64,000 nt of DNA from Parcubacteria group bacterium (GTDB lineage: Bacteria > Patescibacteriota > Minisyncoccia > Phycocordibacterales > 21-14-all-47-15), in contig JACOYO010000003.1 of NCBI GenBank assembly GCA_016181845.1, positions 16,185 to 80,184 on the forward strand, read 5' to 3'. The translations under genes were made by a program, and so were the position numbers. Shown here piece by piece: positions 36,822-46,081 of this stretch (its first letter is position 1; every line of letters starts with the position of its first letter). The notes beneath the pieces are model-generated. The model saw nothing but the letters and a program-made list of their open reading frames with translations, was not told where the DNA came from and ran no database searches.

Positions 36822-38861
36822 TTACAAAGGTTCCTCCTTCGTTGTGGATAACTTCTGCAATATCAAAAGTTCATCGCGCAAAAGCGCCGCGGTTTCAAAA
36901 TCAAGGATTTTTGCCGCCGCGTTCATTTGTTTTTCTTTTTCGGTGATTATTTTTTGAAGTTTTTTTGGATTCGCCGCGAATTTTTCTTTATCAATTACAA
37001 GCACCGCATTCACGGCTTTCGCGTGTTCGCTTTGCAATGCTTCGGTAATATCGTGGATCTTTTTCTCTATGGTTTTTGGAGTAATTCCATGTTTTTTATT
37101 ATAAGCAATCTGCAATGCTCTACGGCGATTGGTTTCGCTTATCGCCCGCTCCATGGAGCCAGTAGTAGTATCGGCATAGAGAATAACCCGCCCGAAAACA
37201 TTGCGCGCCGCGCGCCCGATAATCTGGACAAGCGATGTTTCGCTCCTCAAAAACCCCTCTTTGTCTGCATCCAAAATACCGATAAGCGACACCTCCGGCA
37301 AATCAAGCCCTTCCCGCAAGAGATTCACACCGACAATCACGTCAAATTTTCCTTTTCTAAAATCGGTGAGAATTCCGATGCGTTCCATGGTTTTAATTTC
37401 ACTGTGCAAGTATTCGGCTTTGATTTTTTTCTCTTTGAGATACGCACTCAAATCTTCAGCCATTTTTTTGGTGAGCGTCGTCGCAATCGCACGGTATCCT
37501 TTTTTAATTTCTTTTTCCGCTTCGGTAATAAAGTCGGCAATCTGTCCTCGATACTTCCCTTTTTCTATCACTCCGCGCACTTCCACTTCGGGGTCTGTTA
37601 ATCCGGTCGGGCGGATAATTTGTTCAACCACTTGCTTACTTTTCTCGCGTTCATAATTTGCCGGCGTCGCCGAAGTAAAAATTACTTGCCCGATGCGCTT
37701 TTCAAATTCATGAAATTTAAGCGGGCGATTATCCTGCGCCGAGGGCAGACGAAATCCATATTCAACGAGCGTTTTTTTGCGCGCGGCATCTCCTTCATAC
37801 ATGCCGCCGATTTGCGGCACGGTTACGTGCGATTCATCTATGATGATGAGAAAGTCTGGCGTTCCGTCTTTGTGATGCGGGAAATAAGAGAGTAGCGTGT
37901 CGGGCGGTTCTCCAGGCGCTTTGCCAGAAAAATGCCGCGAATAATTTTCAATGCCATTGCAATATCCGACTTCTCTGATAAGGGCGATATCATGATTAGT
38001 ACGACGCTTGAGTCGTTCGGCATCGAGCATCTTGCCCGCCGCTTCAAGTTCTTTCAGCCGCTCTTTTAATTCCGCTTGAATGCTTTTCACCGCGATAGCC
38101 CGGCGTTTTTCATCGGTCACAAAGTGTTTCGCCGGAAAAAGAAAAATCTCCCGCGGCTCACTAATAATACTTCGCGAGATAGCATCTAATTGAATTATGT
38201 TTGTTATCCGCCCGTCCGAAAGTTCCAGACGATAGAGCACTTTCTCATGCGGCGGCATCACCTCAACGACATTGCCAATAGCGCGAAAAGTGCCGGTGGT
38301 TACATCGGCATTAGTGCGTTCATAATAAATCTTGATAAGTTTACGCATCAAGTCGGCGCGGCTTATCCGCGTCTCGCGCGCAATCTGAAGATGTTCTTCT
38401 TTGTATTCTTCCGGGCTTCCTAAGCCATAAATACAAGATACCGAAGCGACAATAACCACATCGCGGCGTGTCAAAAGCGCCTGCGTGGACGCGTGGCGAA
38501 GCCGGTCAATCTCTTTGTTGATTTGCGCGTCTTTTTCAATATAGGTATCGCTTATCGGCATGTACGCTTCCGGCTGATAATAATCGTAGTAAGAAACAAA
38601 ATAATGCACCGCGTTATTGGGGAAAAATTCTTTATACTCTTGTGCGAGCTGTGCCGCTAGTGTTTTATTATGCGCGATAACGAGCGTCGGCTTCCCTATC
38701 GCCGCAATAACATTTGCCGCCGTAAACGTCTTCCCCGAGCCGGTCACGCCCAAAAGCGTCTGGTGGCTCATCCCTTTTTTCAAACCTTCTACGAGCGACA
38801 AAATTGCCTTCGGCTGGTCTCCTGCTGGCTTATATTCACTTCGTAATTTAAACGATTGCAT
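36822..38861 (-). CDS. uvrB: Excinuclease ABC subunit B
   Basis: PAGDQP, GVTGSGKT, YYDYYQPEAY, DESH, NLLREGLDLPEV, DFETAALLRD. Confidence 0.98.
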   Translation of the reverse strand: MQSFKLRSEYKPAGDQPKAILSLVEGLKKGMSHQTLLGVTGSGKTFTAANVIAAIGKPTLVIAHNKTLAAQLAQEYKEFFPNNAVHYFVSYYDYYQPEAYMPISDTYIEKDAQINKEIDRLRHASTQALLTRRDVVIVASVSCIYGLGSPEEYKEEHLQIARETRISRADLMRKLIKIYYERTNADVTTGTFRAIGNVVEVMPPHEKVLYRLELSDGRITNIIQLDAISRSIISEPREIFLFPAKHFVTDEKRRAIAVKSIQAELKERLKELEAAGKMLDAERLKRRTNHDIALIREVGYCNGIENYSRHFSGKAPGEPPDTLLSYFPHHKDGTPDFLIIIDESHVTVPQIGGMYEGDAARKKTLVEYGFRLPSAQDNRPLKFHEFEKRIGQVIFTSATPANYEREKSKQVVEQIIRPTGLTDPEVEVRGVIEKGKYRGQIADFITEAEKEIKKGYRAIATTLTKKMAEDLSAYLKEKKIKAEYLHSEIKTMERIGILTDFRKGKFDVIVGVNLLREGLDLPEVSLIGILDADKEGFLRSETSLVQIIGRAARNVFGRVILYADTTTGSMERAISETNRRRALQIAYNKKHGITPKTIEKKIHDITEALQSEHAKAVNAVLVIDKEKFAANPKKLQKIITEKEKQMNAAAKILDFETAALLRDELLILQKLSTTKEEPL

Positions 38862-40083
38862 CTGTTTTATAGTAATTATTCAAAAAATTTTTTTTATATA
38901 ATTCAAAATTATTGTCTACAATACTACGGCGAATTTTTTTCACCAAATTCACGATAAAAAAGAGATTATGAATTGACGCAAGTGTCGCCGCAAACATTTC
39001 TTTTGCGCGAAAAAGATGTGCCACATACGCGCGAGTATAATGCGCGCATGTATAGCATCGGCATTCTTTTTCTATCGGTGAAAAATCTTCCCGATATTGC
39101 GCGTTCAGAATGTTCATTCGCCCATCGTGTGTGTAGAGCGTGCCGTTTCGCGCCATACGTGTCGGCGCCACACAATCAAACAAATCTATCCCGTTTTCAA
39201 TTCCGCCAAATAAATCGGAGGGCTCGCCGATGCCAAGCAAATGCCGCGGCTTATCCTTCGGCAAGAGCGCATTGACCCAGCCCACGGCGGTGTTCATGTC
39301 TTCTTTGTCAAACGAGCCGCCGATGCCAAACCCATCAAACCCTCGGTCGCCAGATTTCATTTGAGAAATAATTCTCGCGCTCTCTTCGCGCAAATCTCTA
39401 AATCGCCCTCCCTGCACAATACCAAAAAGCGCCTGCTTTCTCCCACTTGGTGGTTGAGCCTCCAGGTGAAAATCAAGACAGCGCTTTGCCCAGCGGTGCG
39501 TGCGCTCCGTCGCTTCTTCTTGGTACGCGCGCGGCGCTTTGGGCGATGTGCATTCATCAAACGCGAAAATGATATCAGCGCCGATGTTGTGCTGAATCTC
39601 AATGGAACGCTCAGGCGTAAAACGATGTTCACTGCCATCCAAATGTGAACGAAACGTGACTCCGTCTTCATCAATTTTTGCCAGCGCAATATCTTCTCCA
39701 TTTTCTTCGCTGAAGCTCTCTCCGTTTTTTTCTCCTTTGGCAATCTTACTCACATTAGTACCAAATGCCGCGCCAAGAGAAAATGCCTGAAATCCGCCAG
39801 AGTCAGTCATTGTCGGTCCATGCCAATTCATGAAGTTATGCAGACCACCCGCTTTTTTCACGCGCAAGTCGCCCGGTTCAAGATACAAATGATATGTATT
39901 CGCGAGCACCACTTGCGCGCCGAGAGATGCAACCTGCTCCGGCGACAATGCTTTTACCGATGCTTTCGTGCCGACAACAACAAACGCCGGCGTTTCAATA
40001 CTGCCATGCGGCGTCGTTAATATACCGGCGCGGCCAAGCGCATTCGGTATCTTTTTTTGTATGGAAAAATTTATTGGCGACAT
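38848..40083 (-). CDS. tgt: tRNA-guanine transglycosylase
   Basis: LANTYHL, TDSGGFQ, FGIVQGG, PRHLLGIG, FDCVAPTR, CRCYTC, HNL; start revised to 40083. Confidence 0.96.
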   Translation of the reverse strand: MSPINFSIQKKIPNALGRAGILTTPHGSIETPAFVVVGTKASVKALSPEQVASLGAQVVLANTYHLYLEPGDLRVKKAGGLHNFMNWHGPTMTDSGGFQAFSLGAAFGTNVSKIAKGEKNGESFSEENGEDIALAKIDEDGVTFRSHLDGSEHRFTPERSIEIQHNIGADIIFAFDECTSPKAPRAYQEEATERTHRWAKRCLDFHLEAQPPSGRKQALFGIVQGGRFRDLREESARIISQMKSGDRGFDGFGIGGSFDKEDMNTAVGWVNALLPKDKPRHLLGIGEPSDLFGGIENGIDLFDCVAPTRMARNGTLYTHDGRMNILNAQYREDFSPIEKECRCYTCAHYTRAYVAHLFRAKEMFAATLASIHNLFFIVNLVKKIRRSIVDNNFELYKKNFLNNYYKTDAIV

Positions 40084-40188
40084 GGCGAAACTATACCACA
40101 CAATACAAGAAAATATATAATGGCTACTGAAAATATGTTGTAAAATAACGTTTTTTCTAGAACTTGCGCCCGCATAATATAAAAATAC

Positions 40189-40287
40189 TTGACAAATAAT
40201 TTGAATAGTGTATATTATAAAAGTAATTATTTATCATGGTTGACGAATTTTGTCGGCGTGTGATAAGATGATTGAGTTCTTTTCAAC
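40189..40287 (+). promoter_or_regulatory. Tandem sigma70-type promoters plus boxA-like motif
   Basis: TTGACA(40189)...TATATT/TATTAT; TTGACG(40240)-18-TAAGAT with extended TG; GTTCTTTTCAAC at 40276-40287. Confidence 0.7.
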
Positions 40288-40896
40288 GGCAGGTCAATCT
40301 TAAATCTAAGATTGATTTGCTAAATATCAAGAGAGTCAAAAGTAAAGGAGACCCCACGATGGCACGAGCATCCCCGTTGACGTGCATGTACGCCAACAAA
40401 ATAAAGACAATTGTGAACGACGATACAACCATCCCCTGATCCCTGGTCGACGGCGCCCGATAGTTGTTGGGATGCTATACCATGGGGGTATAGATTATTC
40501 TCAACGCTAAACGGGATAGCCACCCGAAAAGGAAAAGGAGAAAAAAATGGTCCCTCGAGCCCCGACCTAGGGAGGTTTCCTCCCTAAAAAAATAAAGATG
40601 GAGTGGTGGGAAGCGATACTTTACTTTACTAAAAAATAACAAGTGATAATAAAAGTCTATAAAAAAAGTATTGTTTCCCAATTATCCCCCATGACCTCAC
40701 TGCCGCTCTCGCCTACTCTCCCTATGGGAGAATAATAGTAGACGGAAGAGCGACCGGAGAACCGGTACTGCGCTATGCCGGCAGTACCTAAGGAGGATCC
40801 AATGGACCGACTAGGTCGGCCACCCTAGTGAAGGTGGCCACATTAAAATCCAGCCCGCAGTAAGTTTACGTTTTGCGTAAACCCTGCGGGCTTTTT
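40275..40896 (+). ncRNA. Candidate ~620-nt structured RNA carrying SD-led micro-ORFs; family unrecognised
   Basis: Promoters upstream, terminator downstream, many local and long-range stems, no plus-strand ORF in the supplied track. Confidence 0.6.
40852..40896 (+). terminator. Rho-independent terminator
   Basis: AGCCCGCAG...CTGCGGGCT-TTTT with inner GTTTACG/CGTAAAC stem. Confidence 0.8.
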
Positions 40897-41008
40897 AGTT
40901 TGTATATTTCTAAAAAACGACGAGCATGCTAGAGTATGGAAAGAAGATGTTTTACATATATTCACTTAGTGGTTGAACCACTAAGTGAACATAACAAAGG
41001 AGCCGCGT

Positions 41009-41860
41009 ATGAATGAGCCCGTTTCAAAAAAAGACCCTTCTTTTGAAATTACGTTATTTACAGCAATGGACCAAACCGGAAGAATGAGAAACTCGCAAGA
41101 GTCGGACCGACCACTTTGGGATAATAACCCGGAGATTATTAAGGAGCTCAATCGGATTGCTTTTAGAAAAATCATATTGATGGGAAGAAAAACATACGAA
41201 CTCCTCCTGCACGACGCGACCAAGCATGTTTTTTTAAATGACGCGGCGATTATTTTCGTTCTCACAAAAAAGCGCGGCGATGAACTTATTAAAAAAGAGC
41301 ACACCTCACACGTGTATGCTATTAATGCGCTTGAAGGTATAAGAAATTTTTGGTGGTTATTGGAAGAAGCATTTGAGGAAAAAAGGAGACAAAAAATAAC
41401 AGCGTGCCGCAAAGTACAAAATGACTGGAGAAAGAAACCGGAAACGACTGGCACAAAAGAAAACTCCGAATCGCCGATGTCTAATCCAAAAGATAAAGAA
41501 CTGGTTGAACAACTAGAAAAAACAATAGATAGTATAGAGCAAGAAAAAATCCCAATCCAACCGGAAATTGTGGTGCTTGGAGGCGTTAGTTTGTATCAAG
41601 AAATGATTGATTATGCCACTGCTATCTATGCATTTCTGATTCATGCTGAATTTACCGGCGAAGAAAAATTCCCTCTCTTTTTCAATGAGCAAGACTGGGA
41701 AATTAAAGGGGAGATGGACTCTAAAGAAAAAGATTCCAACGGATATCCCCTTTTTACGTCAATAACATATCGGCGAAAAGCCCAGCCAGAAAAACATCTG
41801 CCTTTTTTCAGGCCGGATTTGCCTCCTTTGCCTGTGGAAAAAGAAAAATCAAAAAAATGA
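41009..41860 (+). CDS. Divergent DHFR-fold protein 1 with large charged insertion
   Basis: ILMGRKTYE, VLT, VVLGGVSLYQE, IHAEFTGEEKFP, YRRK; SD AAGGAG. Confidence 0.72.
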   Translation: MNEPVSKKDPSFEITLFTAMDQTGRMRNSQESDRPLWDNNPEIIKELNRIAFRKIILMGRKTYELLLHDATKHVFLNDAAIIFVLTKKRGDELIKKEHTSHVYAINALEGIRNFWWLLEEAFEEKRRQKITACRKVQNDWRKKPETTGTKENSESPMSNPKDKELVEQLEKTIDSIEQEKIPIQPEIVVLGGVSLYQEMIDYATAIYAFLIHAEFTGEEKFPLFFNEQDWEIKGEMDSKEKDSNGYPLFTSITYRRKAQPEKHLPFFRPDLPPLPVEKEKSKK

Positions 41861-42052
41861 GTATACTGATTGCCTCGCGGCTTGTGTCGCGGGGCAATTT
41901 TTATTCTAGAAAAACAGCGCGAAAGATTACCGATACAGTATCGTTACTACGATACTCGTTATGTTTGCAAAAATACCAAGCATCATAAAAAACATTGCGA
42001 GGTCGTCTTTGAGCACGCTTCTTTTTATATGGATAGGCATAAGCGAATATGA

Positions 42053-42268
42053 TTAGGCAAACAACCAAAAGACATAGCCAGCGACCAAAAAGAATACTCC
42101 TAGACCGCCCAAAAACTGCTCTCGTTTCATTTCAGCAAAAACACGGCTGTCTATTTTATGCTCATACAAAAAACGATGGTGCACCATGAGCGCCATGAAA
42201 CCAATGAGTATCGCGCCGAGCGTTTGCAGGGTATAACTGATAAAAATAAACGATATATTGAAAAACAT
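42053..42268 (-). CDS. Small two-TM membrane protein
   Basis: Hydrophobic helices flanking VHHR...EHKID.RVF.EMKRE. Confidence 0.65.
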   Translation of the reverse strand: MFFNISFIFISYTLQTLGAILIGFMALMVHHRFLYEHKIDSRVFAEMKREQFLGGLGVFFLVAGYVFWLFA

Positions 42269-42280
42269 AGTATTGTTCTG

Positions 42281-42373
42281 TTAGGAATAAAGCCGCATCA
42301 AAAAAGCGACGACGGCAACCAGTATAAAAAGCGATAGGGTGATAAAAAACTCGCGCATACGGTAACAAAACAT
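42281..42373 (-). CDS. Possible 30-aa single-TM peptide
   Basis: ATG overlaps the upstream stop (TAATG); MFCYRMREFFITLSLFILVAVVAFLMRLYS. Confidence 0.35.
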   Translation of the reverse strand: MFCYRMREFFITLSLFILVAVVAFLMRLYS

Positions 42374-42822
42374 TAGCGTCTCCCATAAAGGCCGACATAT
42401 TCCGCTTCTTCTATTATACTTTCTCGCATCGCTTCTTTCAATTGCCCGACTTGCGCTCCAGCCGGAATACAGAGTGGCTTGTCTAACGCGTAGAGTTTGA
42501 AAAAATAACGATGCGGAGCGACTCCTTTCGGCGGACACGGACCGCCGTAACCAACAACGCCAAAATCAGTCTCCCCCTCCACCGCGCCGTTTGGCGCGCT
42601 CTGTTCCGCTATTTCTTTTGTATCGGGAGAAATATTCCACATGGTCCAATGCGTAAAAATCTTTCCGTCGGTTGCATCCGGGTCATCCATAATAAGCGCG
42701 AGCGTTTTTGCTTCTTTGGGGACATCTTCAAATAACAGACGCGGGTTGATATTGCTACCATCGCATGTATATTTTGCAGGGATTATTTCTTTTTCCTGAA
42801 ATATGTCGCTCGTAATTTTCAT
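42373..42822 (-). CDS. YbhB/YbcL (PEBP) family protein
   Basis: KYTCDG, LIMDDPDA, FTHW, YGGPCPP, HRYFFKLYALD. Confidence 0.93.
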   Translation of the reverse strand: MKITSDIFQEKEIIPAKYTCDGSNINPRLLFEDVPKEAKTLALIMDDPDATDGKIFTHWTMWNISPDTKEIAEQSAPNGAVEGETDFGVVGYGGPCPPKGVAPHRYFFKLYALDKPLCIPAGAQVGQLKEAMRESIIEEAEYVGLYGRR

Positions 42823-42828
42823 AGTATG

Positions 42829-43158
42829 TTACCGATTGTCTCCGCTTCCGCCAATGGTGCCGCGCGCTTTGCGTGATTGCAGTTTTTCCAAATTGTGCGC
42901 CGCGATATCTTTCAGCGACAAATCAAACTCGGTGGCAATTTGCGCAAGATACCACAGCACATCGCCCAATTCTTTTTTTATATCTTCTCTTTTTTCTTCC
43001 GTCACGACGCCTTCTTCATCGCGAAAAATTTTTTTCACTTTGCCCGCCACTTCACCCGCTTCGTTCACGAGTCCCAACGCCGGGTACACATATCGTTCGC
43101 CAATTTTTGGATATATTGCCGTGTCTCTGCTTTGTTTTTGATAGTCATCAAATGTCAT
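42829..43158 (-). CDS. MazG-like NTP pyrophosphohydrolase
   Basis: LGLVNEAGEVAGKVKK, ELGDVLWY, NLEKL..R..RG.I.GSGDNR. Confidence 0.9.
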   Translation of the reverse strand: MTFDDYQKQSRDTAIYPKIGERYVYPALGLVNEAGEVAGKVKKIFRDEEGVVTEEKREDIKKELGDVLWYLAQIATEFDLSLKDIAAHNLEKLQSRKARGTIGGSGDNR

Positions 43159-43207
43159 GTTTGATTGGTATTTAGTATAAGTATAGTATATACGAAACTA
43201 AAATGCG

Positions 43208-44032
43208 TTAAAACAAGGTCTCTTTTTTTATGTCATCCTTTTTTTCTTTTGTCTGATTGGCTATTTTTTGGCGCGCGTCAAGCTGGGCATCACGCGCCGC
43301 TTCACGATACCTGCAATAATCGCAGTCTGCGCTCTGCGCTGGGACCGCGCCATCGTCAAGCGCTTTTTTTGCATGCGTAAGCGTTTTTTCAATCCACCCG
43401 TCGTCGCCGGTATAAGGGATAAGCTTCACGTCAAACTCAAGCTTCCCGTCAAAAGCTTCTTTGTCTGTACTGCCATTGCAATATACAAAATAGCCCGTGC
43501 TTGAAACTTGGAAGCCATTGCGCCGAAGAAGCCATTGATAAAATTCCATTTGTCTTTTATATCCGATTTGCCAATCTGCGTCTAAACTTACCTCGCCGTC
43601 TTTTGATGTCGCTTTGTAATCAACGACGATGAGCTCGCCCTCTGGATTAACCCAAATATCATCAACGCCTCCTGTCACCAAAAAATTGGTCGGCTCGTGC
43701 AGATAGGTTACCCCGCCGCGAAGCGAATCGCGCCATTCATTCATTTTTGAGTGCTGGAAAGGAACAGCGTCAACACCATATTGCTTCATCAGCGGATGAG
43801 CGCTTCCTTTCGCGCGGTGCGCGTCAAATTCTTTTTTCAAAAGCGCGTCAACGGCGGAATTGAGTGAAAATGGAAATCCTGGCGGCCGCGCCACGCCAAG
43901 ACGGCGGTCAAGATAAAAACATTTCGGACATTCCAAAAATAAATCAACTTTTGAACGTGAGAGACGAAACGGCTCTTTTGATTCCGGAATATACAGATTT
44001 CTTATCCGTTTTGGATTGTAATATTGAGACAT
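43208..44032 (-). CDS. PD-(D/E)XK nuclease (RecB/Cas4-like)
   Basis: LSRSK..LF.ECPKCFY, GGVDD, VVDYKAT, QMEFYQ, CDYCRY. Confidence 0.85.
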   Translation of the reverse strand: MSQYYNPKRIRNLYIPESKEPFRLSRSKVDLFLECPKCFYLDRRLGVARPPGFPFSLNSAVDALLKKEFDAHRAKGSAHPLMKQYGVDAVPFQHSKMNEWRDSLRGGVTYLHEPTNFLVTGGVDDIWVNPEGELIVVDYKATSKDGEVSLDADWQIGYKRQMEFYQWLLRRNGFQVSSTGYFVYCNGSTDKEAFDGKLEFDVKLIPYTGDDGWIEKTLTHAKKALDDGAVPAQSADCDYCRYREAARDAQLDARQKIANQTKEKKDDIKKETLF

Positions 44033-44105
44033 ACGCGAAGTATACCGTATTTAGCATACGGTATCCAGTACGACACGAGGAAAACCCAAAGACGATTGTG
44101 TTTGC

Positions 44106-46031
44106 TTAATGCGCAATCAGCTGGTTGGCAATCATGAATATATTGCCGAGCAATGACGCGCTTTTGGCATTTGATTGCGGCGCTTCGGATGGAGGTGGCG
44201 GAGCAATACTGCCGTCTAAAGGAGCGGTAAATCCTGTTGGTTCCGTTTGTGGCGGAGGTGGCGCTATCTGTTGCTGTTCTTGCTGGAGCATCATTCCGCT
44301 ATCTATTGGTTGTATGATTGGCATTATTGAAGTGCGCTCTCCTTCCTGAAAACCTTGTTCTGTTTGCGGCATTTGCGGTATAAATTTTTCCCCTTCTATT
44401 CTCATCATATTGTCGTCTCCCATCATCGGTCTTTCAAAAGATTGCCGGTCGTCAAATTTCTGCTCGCCTTCAAAAATCCGCTGTTGTACATCGCGCTGAA
44501 ATTCTTCAGGATTCTTAAAATGTTCCAATGACGGCATCCCTTCGCGCACGCATCGCTCAATCGTCCCGCCGATGTCAGACGGCGCGCGACTGCTATCAAG
44601 CGCCCCTTTCACGCAATCACGCGCGGATTCCGGCACAGCATTGAGATTAAAATGTTCTTGAAATCCTTTTTTGATTTCGCGCTCGCGAATATTCCTCTCA
44701 TCATCTTTTCCTTTCATCATTCCATTCTCTCCATGCTCAAAGCCGCCATTAAAATCTTCCAGCATATTGCCTTGCATGTCTCTGAAATCGCCTCGCGGTT
44801 GCTCGCCGCTGAATTGTTCAAAACATCCGCGTATTTCTGACTCCGCTTTTTGGCGTTCTTCTTGAGACATCTTGCCCATATTTTGCAATCCTTCTTTGCC
44901 GATGCGTTCAGTAACGCAAGATTCCACCTCCGGAGGCATGTTTCCCATAAACCCGCCTTCACCATTTTCAGGTCCTCCCATTCCGCCGAATTGTTCAAAA
45001 CATTTTTGCGCGGTGTCGCCAATATTTTTTCCTGGCATCTTGGTGCCGGCGCGAATGCCTTCAATCACGTCAGACCCGAGAGCGTCTTTTAAGCATTGCG
45101 ACACTGGAGCAGGCGCTTCATCAAGCATTTTTCTAAATTCTCCGACATGGCGGTTAATATTTTCAAGCTCATCTGGAGGTATCAGCCCATGCTCTTGCGC
45201 AAACGCAAAACAGGCATCCTGATGCGCGGGGTCTTCGCAATATGTTTGACATTCTTCGCGCTTACAGCCACCGGGGCCTTTGCCACCCGTTTTCCTAGCC
45301 ATTTCAGCGTCTTTTGCAGAAACAAATCCCGCTTTTTCACCAAAAGCAAGACATTCTTCAAAATGAGAGTCGTCGTTGCAGTATGCTTCACATTCTTTTT
45401 TGCCTTTGCATCCGCCCGGCATTTGTCCGCTCTTCATAAGGGGGGCGATACGCCTTGCTTCCGCAAGTTCTTCGGGAGGAATAAATCCGGCTTTTTCAGC
45501 AAACGCCAAACACTCATCTATGTGCGCGCCGTCTTCACAATATGCCTGACATTCTTTTTTCCCCTTACAACCCCCGGGCGGCACCGCGCCGTCTTTCAGC
45601 GCTTTTGCCACTTGTTTTGCTTCTTTTAATTCATCGGGCGGAATAAGACCGTGTTTTTCTCCAAACGCGACGCACTCTTCAATATGCGCCACATCTTCGC
45701 AATACGTATCGCAAGCCCCCTTTGAAGCACAGCCGCCAGGCCCGCTTGTTTCTCCAAGTTGCGCGAATTTCTTTGCCTCCCGTAATTCATCTGGCGGAAT
45801 TAAATTATATTTTTCTGCAAAAGAAAGACATGCATTGACATGCGACAAATCGTCACAATACGCACGGCACGCTTTTTCGTCCTTACAATCCCCCAATTCT
45901 GAAACCGGAAATACGATGTCTTGTGCCGTAAGCGCCTGCGCGGAAGAAACGCCAACTGCTCCGATGCCGACAATAACCGCTATAAAAAAAATCGCGTATC
46001 TCGTAAAAAGAAAAATATTTTTGTGCCGCAT
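44106..46031 (-). CDS. Exported Cys-rich repeat protein
   Basis: Signal peptide; five ~53-aa GC..K..C..YC.D..H..EC..F.EK.G repeats; low-complexity Q/P/M C-terminus. Confidence 0.8.
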   Translation of the reverse strand: MRHKNIFLFTRYAIFFIAVIVGIGAVGVSSAQALTAQDIVFPVSELGDCKDEKACRAYCDDLSHVNACLSFAEKYNLIPPDELREAKKFAQLGETSGPGGCASKGACDTYCEDVAHIEECVAFGEKHGLIPPDELKEAKQVAKALKDGAVPPGGCKGKKECQAYCEDGAHIDECLAFAEKAGFIPPEELAEARRIAPLMKSGQMPGGCKGKKECEAYCNDDSHFEECLAFGEKAGFVSAKDAEMARKTGGKGPGGCKREECQTYCEDPAHQDACFAFAQEHGLIPPDELENINRHVGEFRKMLDEAPAPVSQCLKDALGSDVIEGIRAGTKMPGKNIGDTAQKCFEQFGGMGGPENGEGGFMGNMPPEVESCVTERIGKEGLQNMGKMSQEERQKAESEIRGCFEQFSGEQPRGDFRDMQGNMLEDFNGGFEHGENGMMKGKDDERNIREREIKKGFQEHFNLNAVPESARDCVKGALDSSRAPSDIGGTIERCVREGMPSLEHFKNPEEFQRDVQQRIFEGEQKFDDRQSFERPMMGDDNMMRIEGEKFIPQMPQTEQGFQEGERTSIMPIIQPIDSGMMLQQEQQQIAPPPPQTEPTGFTAPLDGSIAPPPPSEAPQSNAKSASLLGNIFMIANQLIAH

Positions 46032-46081
46032 AAACAAAATAAAAAACTGTTAAAAAAGCGAAGATGTATTCTTCGCCGCTG

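Noticed and set aside
40320-40681. Minus-strand 67- and 68-aa ORFs
   Set aside because: No recognisable motifs or SD; promoter and terminator polarity favour the plus strand
40275-40896. tmRNA, RNase P RNA or CsrB-type sRNA
   Set aside because: VNDDTTIP* recalls a tag peptide, but there is no T-arm GGTTCGA or CCA end; no GAGGAAAGTCC; GGA motifs are mostly not in hairpin loops
43208-44032. CRISPR-associated Cas4
   Set aside because: No cas1/cas2 or array; solo PD-(D/E)XK proteins are common
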